From positions 905,530 to 969,529 of the forward strand of contig DAIDHW010000001.1 in assembly GCA_027451865.1 (NCBI GenBank): a stretch of 64,000 nucleotides of DNA, in the 5' to 3' direction. The notes beneath the pieces were generated by a model, which was not told where the DNA came from, did not search any database, and was given only the letters and a program-made list of their open reading frames with translations. This DNA is from Leptolyngbyaceae cyanobacterium clean351 (GTDB lineage Bacteria; Cyanobacteriota; Cyanobacteriia; DAIDHW01). Shown here in pieces: positions 10,635-19,553 of the stretch; within the stretch, counting starts at the first letter, position 1, and each line of letters begins with the position of its first letter. A program made the translations under genes and the position numbers.

Positions 10635-11408
10635 CTATCCGCGAGGCCGCCTGGCCCCTCCTCCTCCCTCCAAAACCGCCGCTACCAGAGCCAGGGCAGC
10701 TAGGGGGGCCGTGACGGTGCGCAGAATCCGTCCCCCGAGGGAAGCTAGTCTAAATCCAGCCGCTTGGGCTTGGTCGGTTTCGGCTGGGGTCCATCCCCCC
10801 TCGGGACCAACGGCAATAATTAAGGCTGGGGGCAACTCTGGCCTAGACACCTCTGCTATAAGCAAGTCTAGTAGCAAAGGCCCCGCGATCCGTGGCGTGC
10901 AAAGATAGGCCGGAGTCTGGGCGGGTAACTGCGTTAGGGCAACACTCCAGGAAACTGGGGCTCCCAGAGTCGGTACGTAGGAGCGCTCACACTGCTGTGC
11001 TGTCTCCTGAACTAGACGTTGCCATCGCTCTTGCCGGCCTGGGCTAGGGCGGGCAATTGTCCGCTCACTAACTACGGGAGAAACGTACCTAACCCCCAAC
11101 TCCGTTGCTTGCCGCAGCACTTCTTCTAGACCATTGCCCTTAGGGATCGCAATCATTAGGGTAACTGCTACCGGTAACTCTCCCTGGGGGGTGTAGGGAC
11201 CAAGGATTTCCGCCCAAGCTGGGTACAAGACCGATAACCAGGCTTGGCCCTGACCGTCCATAAGGAGAATTTGGGCCCCGGGGCCTAGGCGTAGCACGTG
11301 GTACAGGTAGTGTTTTTGGCCTGGAGTAAGTATAATCTGGTCTCCCTGGCGTTGGTCAGGGTTAATCACCAGGCGGTGCTCAAAGGCTACATTGCCCATA
11401 GCGAGCAC
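10635..11408 (-). CDS. rsmE: 16S rRNA (uracil1498-N3)-methyltransferase, RsmE family
   Basis: RsmE-like length and C-terminal IAVGPEGGWTPAE motif. Confidence 0.8.
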   Translation of the reverse strand: MLAMGNVAFEHRLVINPDQRQGDQIILTPGQKHYLYHVLRLGPGAQILLMDGQGQAWLSVLYPAWAEILGPYTPQGELPVAVTLMIAIPKGNGLEEVLRQATELGVRYVSPVVSERTIARPSPGRQERWQRLVQETAQQCERSYVPTLGAPVSWSVALTQLPAQTPAYLCTPRIAGPLLLDLLIAEVSRPELPPALIIAVGPEGGWTPAETDQAQAAGFRLASLGGRILRTVTAPLAALALVAAVLEGGGGARRPRG

Positions 11409-11775
11409 AAGCAGAGTGTACTAGGGAAGAGAGGATGTCTGGACTGACTGGCCTGACTAGCAGGCCATCTAAGCCGGGGGTTTCCTCCTGGTGCATCCAG
11501 CTAAGAGCGCAAATGTCAGTCAGGGCCACCACCGTCATAGTCTCGGTTGTGTGGCCACGGGCCCTAAGGTCTAGAACTAATCCCTGAGTTCCCTGGGGCT
11601 GGTCCTCCGTCAGGATCACGAGGTAGGGAGTAGTCTGACCTACGAGTCTTAAGGCTTGTTCTCGGGATGTAGCGATTTTTACCTGGCAGTTGAGATGACT
11701 AAGAATTTGCTCTAAAACCTGTGAATCTTCCGGCTGTTGATTAACCACTAGAACGTAGCTGTGGGATAACATCAC
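11380..11775 (-). CDS. receiver-like domain protein (possible pseudo-receiver)
   Basis: 131 aa with receiver-like layout (VLVVNQQPED, YLVILTEDQ, MTVVALTD) but the acidic pocket and conserved Lys appear substituted. Confidence 0.35.
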   Translation of the reverse strand: MMLSHSYVLVVNQQPEDSQVLEQILSHLNCQVKIATSREQALRLVGQTTPYLVILTEDQPQGTQGLVLDLRARGHTTETMTVVALTDICALSWMHQEETPGLDGLLVRPVSPDILSSLVHSACARYGQCSL

Positions 11776-12026
11776 ATCTGCAAGAATTTAGTTAGTGGTA
11801 CTGTCTGGGACTATAACCCATGGGGAGAGAGTAATTCTAACGGGGGATTAGGGCCCAATCCTTGAGCAGGTAAGGATTTGACCATCTTGTCAAGGGGGAT
11901 GTCTCTTCAGTTTTTTTTCGCTTTTAGGCTCCCGTGGGTCACCGCCCGCCCCCCAGGTCTCGTGTCTCTAGTGTCAGTGCTAGGATCAGAATAGAAAAAA
12001 AAGGAAAAGTAAGGAACCTGCACCGC

Positions 12027-14177
12027 ATGAGAGAGTTGGAAAAGTTGATTTCTTTTGACGGTCGAGATATTCGCCTCAAAATTGGTGTCCTTGCTCCCCA
12101 GGCTGGGGGATCTGTACTAATACAGTCGGGTGATACCGCAGTTTTGGTGACAGCTACCCGTGCTCCTGGTCGGGAGGGAATAGATTTTCTCCCCCTAACC
12201 GTGGATTACGAAGAGCGTCTTTACGCCGGTGGCCGAATTCCGGGGGGATTCTTGCGCCGTGAAGGACGACCCCCCGAAAAGGCAGTGCTGGTAGGCCGCC
12301 TGATTGACCGCCCCCTGCGACCCCTGTTCCCTAGTTGGTTGCGCGACGACATTCAGGTAATGGCTACTACCTTGTCCATGGATGAACAGGTACCCCCCGA
12401 TGTCCTAGCAGTGACGGGGGCTTCCATTGCTGTGTCCCTGGCGGGGATTCCCTTCCACGGACCCATGGCGGCGGTGCGGGTAGGGCTCGTAGGTGATGAA
12501 TTTGTGATCAACCCTACCTACGCGGAAATTGAGTCCGGAGATCTGGACCTAGTGGTGGCCGGTTCGACGGAGGGAGTGATCATGGTGGAGGCGGGCGCCA
12601 ACCAGCTCTCAGAGGCAGACATTATTGAGGCTATCGACTTCGGTTATGAGTCTGTGCGTGACCTGCTACAAGCTCAAAAGGACCTCCTAGAGGAGCTAGG
12701 CATGGCGCCAGTGCCCATTCCTGCTCCCCCTACAGACCCGGAATTGGAAGCCTTTGTCCGTGGCCAAGCTACGGAGCCGATCCGGGCGGTGCTAGGCCAG
12801 TTTCATGAGGACAAGCACGTCCGGGATACAGCCCTAGACCAAATCAAGGTGGCAGTAGTTCAGGCAGGGCAGGCATTACCAGAAGACCACCCCGTCCGCC
12901 AAAGTCTCAGTGCTAACCCCAAGGGCCTAGATAACCAATTCAAAGCCTTGACTAAGCAGCTGATGCGCCTACAGGTGATCCAGGACGGCCGACGGGTAGA
13001 TGGCCGAGCCCTCAACCAAGTCCGACCAATCAGCTGTCAGGTAGGATTTCTGCCCCCCCGTGTCCATGGCAGTGCCCTTTTCAACCGGGGCCTGACCCAG
13101 GTGCTCTCGGCCGTCACCCTAGGCTCCCCCGGCGAGGCCCAGGAACTAGATGACCTGCACCCAGATGAGCAGAAGCGCTACCTACACCACTACAACTTTC
13201 CCGCCTACTCCGTAGGTGAGGTCAGGCCGGTGCGATCCCCAGGGCGGCGAGAAATCGGCCACGGGGCTCTGGCAGAACGGGCCTTAGTGCCAGTGCTGCC
13301 GGGCCAGGACCGGTTCCCCTACGTAATCCGGGTAGTATCGGAGGTGCTCTCCTCCAATGGCTCCACCTCCATGGGGTCAGTTTGTGGTTCTAGCCTGGCC
13401 CTGATGGACGCTGGTGTACCAATCCTTAAACCCGTCAGTGGAGCTGCCATGGGCTTGATCAAGGAGGGGTCGGAGGTGCGAATCCTCACCGATATCCAAG
13501 GCATCGAGGACTTCCTCGGCGATATGGACTTCAAGGTAGCCGGTACCGACACGGGGATTACAGCTTTGCAACTAGATATGAAACTGACTGGCTTGCCCCT
13601 GGAAGTGATTGCCCAGGCGATCCGGGAAGCCCGGCCAGCTCGGTTACACATCCTGGAAAAAATGCTAGCGGTGATCGATAAACCCCGGGATGACATCTCC
13701 AGCTATGCTCCCCGGCTGATGACCATCAAAGTCGATCCCGACATGATCGGCCTCATTATCGGCCCAGGAGGTAAGACCATCAAGGGCATCAGCGAGCAAA
13801 CCGGAGCCAAGATTGACATTGAAGACAGTGGCCGAGTGACCATTTCTGCTCGCGACGGGGAGAAGGCCAAACGGGCCCGGACGATCATCCAAGGCATGAC
13901 TCGCAAACTGAACGTTGGTGATGTCTACGTGGGCCGGGTCACCCGCATCATCGCCATCGGCGCCTTTGTGGAGGTGCTCCCGGGTAAGGAGGGAATGATC
14001 CATATCTCCCAGATAGCGGATCACCGGGTGGCCAAAATCGAGGATGAACTGTCAGTGGGGGATGAGGTGATAGTTAAGGTACGGGAAATCGACAGCCGGG
14101 GCCGGGTCAATCTAACCTGCCTGGGAATTAACCAAGAGGAGGAGTTGGCAGCCCGGCAAGCCGCCGCCCTCAACTAA
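12027..14177 (+). CDS. pnp: polyribonucleotide nucleotidyltransferase (PNPase)
   Basis: Two RNase PH-like halves, then KH ([15 protein letters not shown]) and S1 ([20 protein letters not shown]) domains. Start at internal ATG 12027; ORF extends to 11934. Confidence 0.9.
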   Translation: MRELEKLISFDGRDIRLKIGVLAPQAGGSVLIQSGDTAVLVTATRAPGREGIDFLPLTVDYEERLYAGGRIPGGFLRREGRPPEKAVLVGRLIDRPLRPLFPSWLRDDIQVMATTLSMDEQVPPDVLAVTGASIAVSLAGIPFHGPMAAVRVGLVGDEFVINPTYAEIESGDLDLVVAGSTEGVIMVEAGANQLSEADIIEAIDFGYESVRDLLQAQKDLLEELGMAPVPIPAPPTDPELEAFVRGQATEPIRAVLGQFHEDKHVRDTALDQIKVAVVQAGQALPEDHPVRQSLSANPKGLDNQFKALTKQLMRLQVIQDGRRVDGRALNQVRPISCQVGFLPPRVHGSALFNRGLTQVLSAVTLGSPGEAQELDDLHPDEQKRYLHHYNFPAYSVGEVRPVRSPGRREIGHGALAERALVPVLPGQDRFPYVIRVVSEVLSSNGSTSMGSVCGSSLALMDAGVPILKPVSGAAMGLIKEGSEVRILTDIQGIEDFLGDMDFKVAGTDTGITALQLDMKLTGLPLEVIAQAIREARPARLHILEKMLAVIDKPRDDISSYAPRLMTIKVDPDMIGLIIGPGGKTIKGISEQTGAKIDIEDSGRVTISARDGEKAKRARTIIQGMTRKLNVGDVYVGRVTRIIAIGAFVEVLPGKEGMIHISQIADHRVAKIEDELSVGDEVIVKVREIDSRGRVNLTCLGINQEEELAARQAAALN

Positions 14178-14210
14178 GCCATGACCCGGGCACGGCTAGA
14201 CTATTAGTCT

Positions 14211-14237
14211 CCCCGGGGCAGGTGTCTGCCTCGGGGG
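14211..14237. terminator. candidate hairpin between convergent pnp and arsR
   Basis: Imperfect inverted repeat CCCCGGGGCAG-GTGT-CTGCCTCGGGG (about 11 bp stem, one G-U); no clear U-tract. Confidence 0.25.
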
Positions 14238-14305
14238 GCAACTTTCCCTGCACTTGGTAAGAGCGGGTCATAAGATAAACCTGATGGCCGGGGTCTAAGG
14301 GGCCC

Positions 14306-14638
14306 TTAAGTCAGGCTACTTAGGGTTACCCCCAAGTCTTGCAGGGTCTGGTAGACCACACGGTAGTAGATCCAAGTACCTCGCCGTTCCCGAATAAGGA
14401 AACCAGCCTCATACAGTACTTTGAGGTGATGGCTGACCGTGGGTTGCGATAGCCCCAAGGGTTCAGTCAGTTCACAAACACAGGCTTCCCCGGAGGGTTG
14501 GGAGGCAATCAGACTTAGAAGCTGTAGGCGGGAGGGGTCACCTAGGACCCGAAACCTGGCAGCCAAGTGCTCCGCAGCCGCCGCGCTAAGGTGCTGCAGT
14601 ACCAGGGGTGGACAGTCCGTGGCCAGAGGGGCATCCAT
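14306..14638 (-). CDS. arsR: ArsR/SmtB-family metalloregulatory transcriptional repressor
   Basis: Winged-HTH region with Cys-containing metal site (GEACVCELTEPLGLSQPTVSHHLKVL); divergent from ACR3-arsC. Confidence 0.75.
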   Translation of the reverse strand: MDAPLATDCPPLVLQHLSAAAAEHLAARFRVLGDPSRLQLLSLIASQPSGEACVCELTEPLGLSQPTVSHHLKVLYEAGFLIRERRGTWIYYRVVYQTLQDLGVTLSSLT

Positions 14639-14643
14639 AATTT

Positions 14644-14685
14644 TATATATTGACTACTGTCGATGTAGTCGCTAGTATATCAATG
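14644..14685. promoter_or_regulatory. candidate ArsR operator in the arsR / ACR3 divergent intergenic region
   Basis: Inverted repeat GACTAC-N7-GTAGTC (14652-14670) flanked by TATAT-rich half-sites in an AT-rich stretch immediately upstream of arsR. Confidence 0.3.
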
Positions 14686-14862
14686 TCGGTCAATAGAGGC
14701 CCGGGGGCGCCAAACCACAATTGCCTTAAGCTTGCTGCCCTCAAGGTCTGAATAAACCATAGTTGCCCTGCCCCAATCTAGGCTGGACACCTGTAACTCT
14801 ATCAGTCTACTCTCCCGGACGGTAGCTGCCCACATAAAACAAGCTCCTCAACCATTAAAGGC

Positions 14863-15936
14863 TTGGCCATGACCCAGACTTCTCAGCGTCGACATCCCAG
14901 GCACCTATCTTTCCTCGACCGGTTCCTGACTTTATGGATTTTCCTGGCCATGGCGGTGGGGGTAGGTATAGGCTACTTTTTTCCCACCATCGGCACGGTA
15001 ATTGACCAGTTTCAGGTAGGCACCACTAACATCCCCATCGCTGTTGGCTTGGTCTTAATGATGTATCCCCCCCTAGCGAAGGTGCGCTACGAGGAGCTAG
15101 GGGATGTCTTCCGCAACTCCAGGATTCTGGGATTATCGCTGGTGCAAAACTGGATCATTGGGCCATTTTTAATGTTTTTCCTCGCAGTGATATTTCTGCA
15201 CAACTACCCCGAATATATGGTAGGTCTGATCCTAATTGGCCTAGCCCGCTGCATTGCCATGGTAGTGGTGTGGAGTGACCTGGCGCGGGGCAATACTGAG
15301 TACACTGCCGGCCTAGTGGCTTTTAACAGTTTGTTCCAGGTGATTTTCTACAGTCCCTACGCCTGGTTCTTTTTGGCAGTTCTACCACCCCTATTTGGTC
15401 TGCGGGGGAGTATGGTAAACGTCAGTATCGCCGAGATTGCCCAAAGTGTCTTGATTTACCTGGGTATCCCCTTTCTAGCTGGGTTCTTCACGCGTTTTTG
15501 GCTGGTAAAGCTCAAGGGCAAGCCCTGGTATCACGACGTGTTTGTGCCCAAAATCAGCCCCATTACCCTAGTTGCTCTGTTGCTCACCATTGTGGTGATG
15601 TTTAGTCTCAAGGGGAATTTGATCCTTGAGATTCCCTTAGATGTGGTGCGAATTGCAGTGCCGATGATTATCTACTTCGTGGTGATGTTCCTGGTCAGCT
15701 TTTATCTGGCTTGGCGGATCAAGGCCGACTATTCTCGCGCTGCTAGTGTGGCCTTTACCGCCGCCGGAAATAATTTTGAACTGGCCATTGCTGTAGCTAT
15801 TGCCGTCTTTGGAATCAATTCCGGGGCCGCCTTTGCAGCTGTTGTCGGTCCTCTGATCGAAGTTCCGGTCCTGATTAGTTTAGTCAATGTGGCCTTCTGG
15901 CTAGAGAAGCGCTACTTTAAGGCCCCGGCAGTTTGA
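14863..15936 (+). CDS. acr3: arsenite efflux transporter, ACR3 family
   Basis: 357-aa polytopic membrane protein with ACR3/ArsB-type sequence; sits in an arsR-ACR3-arsC arrangement. Confidence 0.8.
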   Translation: MAMTQTSQRRHPRHLSFLDRFLTLWIFLAMAVGVGIGYFFPTIGTVIDQFQVGTTNIPIAVGLVLMMYPPLAKVRYEELGDVFRNSRILGLSLVQNWIIGPFLMFFLAVIFLHNYPEYMVGLILIGLARCIAMVVVWSDLARGNTEYTAGLVAFNSLFQVIFYSPYAWFFLAVLPPLFGLRGSMVNVSIAEIAQSVLIYLGIPFLAGFFTRFWLVKLKGKPWYHDVFVPKISPITLVALLLTIVVMFSLKGNLILEIPLDVVRIAVPMIIYFVVMFLVSFYLAWRIKADYSRAASVAFTAAGNNFELAIAVAIAVFGINSGAAFAAVVGPLIEVPVLISLVNVAFWLEKRYFKAPAV

Positions 15937-15971
15937 AGATTCGGGCAAATTTAACCTGAAGGAGAAAGCCG

Positions 15972-16370
15972 ATGAAACGGGTGATGTTTGTTTGTAAGCA
16001 CAATTCAGGCCGCTCACAAATGGCCGAGGCTTTTGCCAAAAATCTGGCCCAGGGCAATCTGGAGGTAGTCAGCGCCGGCCTAGAGGCTAGTAGGGTTCAT
16101 CCGGGGGCGGTCGCCGCCATGCAAGCGGTCGGCATTGACATCAGTCAACAGGTATCCAAGCCCCTGAGTAACTTTAAGCCTGAGGACTTTGACGTGGTGG
16201 TTTCCCTGTGCGGCTGTGGGGTGAACCTACCGCCGGCATGGTTGCTAAGAGAGGTTTTCGAAGACTGGCAACTAGATGACCCAGCTGAACGGCCAGAAAT
16301 TTTCCCGCAGGTACGCGATCAGGTGAGGGAGCGCGTCGAGCAGCTGCTCCAAAGGATCGCGGCCGCCTAA
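15972..16370 (+). CDS. arsC: arsenate reductase (low-molecular-weight phosphatase family)
   Basis: CX5R P-loop near the N-terminus (VCKHNSGRSQ) plus downstream Cys pair (LCGCG); follows ACR3. Confidence 0.75.
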   Translation: MKRVMFVCKHNSGRSQMAEAFAKNLAQGNLEVVSAGLEASRVHPGAVAAMQAVGIDISQQVSKPLSNFKPEDFDVVVSLCGCGVNLPPAWLLREVFEDWQLDDPAERPEIFPQVRDQVRERVEQLLQRIAAA

Positions 16371-16372
16371 AG

Positions 16373-16393
16373 GGAGTTTGGTCTTCAAACTCC
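16373..16393 (+). terminator. candidate hairpin downstream of arsC
   Basis: GGAGTTTG-GTCTT-CAAACTCC perfect 8-bp stem right after the arsC stop; no strong U-tract. Confidence 0.25.
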
Positions 16394-16544
16394 AGGCACA
16401 GGCTCTCCTAACCTTGGGGAGCCCGCTGCCGGGACTCGTGGCGACGGCAGGCAACTTTCCACGGGGGTTTATAGGTTAGGCTATAGGCAAATTGGCTTAA
16501 CTCCAGATAGATTATCACTGTCGGGGGACAGCATTAATCAAGCC

Positions 16545-16877
16545 TTGAGGCCCCCACCCATGCATATACTCTGGGAATCAACGGTCTACGTCGGCAAATA
16601 CACTATCCCTTGCCTTATCTGCGGCCGTAAATCCCTGCCGCGTCGCCTGCGTGGTAACCAGTTTTTGCTCGCTGTAGTTTACAATCAAGCCGGACAAGTG
16701 GTGGGCGAAGCCTGCCAAGAGTGCATGCAGGCTGACCCAAAGGAAATTCAGATCCGTCTGCGGGAGCGACTAGAAGCCCTCCAAGCCCAACTGGCCAACC
16801 TTGAAGCTCTGACCCAAGAACCCCTGACCTTGCCCAGCCTAGAGGCAGAGTTCTGCTCCCACCGTCTCCTTTCCTAG
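16545..16877 (+). CDS. hypothetical protein with two Cys pairs (possible zinc-binding)
   Basis: CLICGR and CQEC pairs followed by a predicted coiled coil; true start may be the internal Met (MHILW). Confidence 0.3.
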   Translation: MRPPPMHILWESTVYVGKYTIPCLICGRKSLPRRLRGNQFLLAVVYNQAGQVVGEACQECMQADPKEIQIRLRERLEALQAQLANLEALTQEPLTLPSLEAEFCSHRLLS

Positions 16878-16902
16878 ACTTTTAGACCTTAGATCTCAAG
16901 CG

Positions 16903-17874
16903 ATGAATCTCCCTCTCAGAACTCTCGGACAAACCGACATCAAAATTAGTCCCTTGATTCTGGGCACCTGGCAAGCTGGCAAGCGCTGGTGGGTCGGCAT
17001 TGAGGATGAAGAATCGATCCAGGCCCTGCGGACTGGCTTTGCCGAGGGGATGACAACCGTAGACACGGCCGAAGTTTACGGGGATGGGCACTCAGAGCGG
17101 ATTGTCCGGGCAGCCCTCGGGGCAGTGCGAGACCAGGCTATCTATGCCACTAAGGTCTTCTCAAACCACCTGCGCTATGAACAGGTAATCCAGGCCTGTG
17201 AGCGGTCGTTGGAAAACCTGGGGACCGACTACCTGGACCTGTACCAGATCCATTGGCCGGCTGGGTCCTTTAACAGCGAACTGGTGCCCATCGAGGAAAC
17301 CATGGCAGCCCTAAATACCCTCAAGCAGCAGGGAAAGATCCGGGCCATCGGGGTGTCTAACTTTTCCCTGGAACAGCTGCAGGAGGCTAGTCGCTACGGG
17401 CGCATCGATAGTATCCAACCCCCCTACTCCCTCTTCTGGCGCCGGGTAGAGGAGGAGCTAATGCCCTACTGCCTCCGGGAACAAATTTCCATCCTGGCCT
17501 ATTCCCCCCTAGCTCAGGGCCTGCTAACGGGTAGATTCGCCCCGGGCCACCAATTTGAGCCGGGGGATAACCGGGCCGATAATCGCTTGTTTCAAGGGGA
17601 AAACTTTGAGCGGGCCCACCGCGCCCTAGCCCAGCTGAGGCCTCTGGCTGACCAGTACCAAACTAGCCTGGGCAACCTGGCCTTGGCCTGGTTAATCTCC
17701 CAACCCAACACCAGCGCTATCGTGGGGGTGCGCCACCCCCATCAGGCCCTCGAGAACGCTCAAGCGGCTCGTCTTACCCTGTCGGCGGCTGACCTAGCTT
17801 GCATCGACACCATTGGCCACACAGTCACTGACCATCTGGACCCCCAGTACGCTGGGATGTGGAACTGGGCCTAG
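16903..17874 (+). CDS. aldo/keto reductase
   Basis: AKR-family features (IDTAEVYG, LDLYQIHWP, IRAIGVSNF). Confidence 0.8.
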   Translation: MNLPLRTLGQTDIKISPLILGTWQAGKRWWVGIEDEESIQALRTGFAEGMTTVDTAEVYGDGHSERIVRAALGAVRDQAIYATKVFSNHLRYEQVIQACERSLENLGTDYLDLYQIHWPAGSFNSELVPIEETMAALNTLKQQGKIRAIGVSNFSLEQLQEASRYGRIDSIQPPYSLFWRRVEEELMPYCLREQISILAYSPLAQGLLTGRFAPGHQFEPGDNRADNRLFQGENFERAHRALAQLRPLADQYQTSLGNLALAWLISQPNTSAIVGVRHPHQALENAQAARLTLSAADLACIDTIGHTVTDHLDPQYAGMWNWA

Positions 17875-18350
17875 GCAAACTGGGGGGGAGCGCTGCCTGT
17901 CAGGGGCTCTAGCATTGCTTGCAGGTGAGCCCGCTGCACCTCAGCAGCCTGAGTTAAGTCTCCCGGCACCTCAAAAAATACCAGACTGTCGACCGGGTCT
18001 AGAGCGATGGCCTGAAAGAGAATATGGGTGACTGGTAAGGGCAGGGCCATCAGGTCTGGATCACGGCTGAAGTTGGGCCCGGTGGTTACGTCTTTAAGGG
18101 TGGGGTAGGCGTAGATGATATTCTTTGATTCGGTGGGGTCGTACTCATTTTGCATGGTGGCCACCACCCAACGACCATCCACGGACTGGAGGATGTAGTA
18201 CTCTAGGAAACGCAGCTGCCCTGCCACGTGCTTCAGGGAGGGACCGAAGGCAGCTACAAGCTCCGGACTGACCCCATCGGGAGGGGCTAGCTGGACTAAT
18301 GCTTGGATTTGCTGGTCAAGGTCTGACATAGAAACCAATGGGGATAACAT
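17871..18350 (-). CDS. hypothetical protein
   Basis: 159-aa ORF with protein-like composition; no recognisable motif. Confidence 0.4.
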   Translation of the reverse strand: MLSPLVSMSDLDQQIQALVQLAPPDGVSPELVAAFGPSLKHVAGQLRFLEYYILQSVDGRWVVATMQNEYDPTESKNIIYAYPTLKDVTTGPNFSRDPDLMALPLPVTHILFQAIALDPVDSLVFFEVPGDLTQAAEVQRAHLQAMLEPLTGSAPPQFA

Positions 18351-18356
18351 TGAAAA

Positions 18357-18429
18357 CGAGCATGGAGGGATTCGAACCCCCGACCCTCAGGACCGGAACC
18401 TGATGCTCTATCCACTGAGCTACATGCCC
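18357..18429 (-). tRNA. tRNA-Arg (anticodon CCG)
   Basis: Minus-strand 73-nt cloverleaf: acceptor GGGCATG/CATGCTC, D-arm GCTCAGTGGATAGAGC, anticodon loop TTCCGGT, T-loop GGGGGTTCGAATCCCTC; 3' CCA is not encoded. Confidence 0.85.
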
Positions 18430-18494
18430 TCACCCCCTAGAGCATAACATAGGGCTTAGGATCCGAACAATGCCGACAAATCCGACTGAGCCCG

Positions 18495-19553
18495 ATGGAC
18501 ATCAACCCCTCCGCGGCAACCGCCACCCATCGGGCAGGGATTGCCCTGGGTAGCAACCTGGGTAACTCTCTGGCGATCCTTAACCAGACTCTAGTCGCCT
18601 TGGACCGCAGGCCCGGAATCCGGGTTATGGCCCACTCCCAGTGGTATCAAACTCCTCCCCAGGGCCCCCCGCAACCCAGCTACTGGAATGGCTGTGCTCT
18701 GCTGCAAGTCTCCCTGGCCCCTGTTGTCCTGCTGCAGGAATTATTGGCCCTAGAAGCCCAGTGGGGCCGCAAGAGATCCCAGGTTTGGGGGCCGCGGACC
18801 TTGGATTTGGACTTGTTATTCTACGACGACCTGCTGTTGGATACGGTCTCCCTCCAGCTACCCCACCCCCGGCTATCTACTAGGGCTTTTGTTCTATTAC
18901 CCCTACAGGAAGTAGCTCCGGATTGGCGAGACCCCCGCAGTGGTCAGTCGGTTGCCCAACTCCTAGACGGGGTAGACTGTACAGGAATTTATTCCCCCTA
19001 TGCCATGTCTTCCGAGGAAGCCCCCCACCTCCTGCAGCAACGTCTGGTCTACCAGGGCCGCAAGTTCAAGTTCGAGGTTAATCGGTTTCGTCTCCCCAAC
19101 CACCACGAGGGGGAATGGGAGTGTATCCGCCACCCTGGGGGAGCTCTGGCGGTCCCCCTTGCCCCCGATGGTCGCCTGGTAATGGTGCGTCAGTATCGCC
19201 TCCTGGTCCAGGACTGGATCTTGGAATTTCCCGCCGGGACCCTTGAGCCGGGGGAAAGCCCCAGCAGTACGATTAACCGAGAACTAGAGGAGGAAACCGG
19301 TTACCACGCGGGTCGGTGGCAGCCCGTGGGTCAGTTTTTCCTGGCCCCGGGCTATTCCGACGAGGTGATCTACGCCTTCCTGGCCCGGGACCTAGAACGC
19401 CTAACTAACCCGCCGGCCCAGGACGAGGACGAGGACCTAGAGCCGGTCCTGCTGACCCCTGAGGAAGTAGAAAACCAGATCCGCGCCGGACTAATCATGG
19501 ACGCTAAATCCATCAGCAGTTATTTTTTAGCCCGCCCCTTTCTAACGGCTTAA
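18495..19553 (+). CDS. folK: HPPK (FolK) fused to a C-terminal Nudix hydrolase domain
   Basis: N-terminal HPPK signatures (IALGSNLGN, GPRTLDLDLLFY); C-terminal Nudix box (EFPAGTLEPGESPSSTINRELEEETGY). Confidence 0.7.
   Translation: MDINPSAATATHRAGIALGSNLGNSLAILNQTLVALDRRPGIRVMAHSQWYQTPPQGPPQPSYWNGCALLQVSLAPVVLLQELLALEAQWGRKRSQVWGPRTLDLDLLFYDDLLLDTVSLQLPHPRLSTRAFVLLPLQEVAPDWRDPRSGQSVAQLLDGVDCTGIYSPYAMSSEEAPHLLQQRLVYQGRKFKFEVNRFRLPNHHEGEWECIRHPGGALAVPLAPDGRLVMVRQYRLLVQDWILEFPAGTLEPGESPSSTINRELEEETGYHAGRWQPVGQFFLAPGYSDEVIYAFLARDLERLTNPPAQDEDEDLEPVLLTPEEVENQIRAGLIMDAKSISSYFLARPFLTA

Noticed and set aside
13319-14024. Several antisense ORFs inside pnp (13319-13696, 13665-14024 and others)
   Set aside because: They lie wholly within a confidently identified gene on the opposite strand; long antisense open frames are expected at this GC content. 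The same applies to antisense ORFs inside mutS, nrdJ, the kinases and others.
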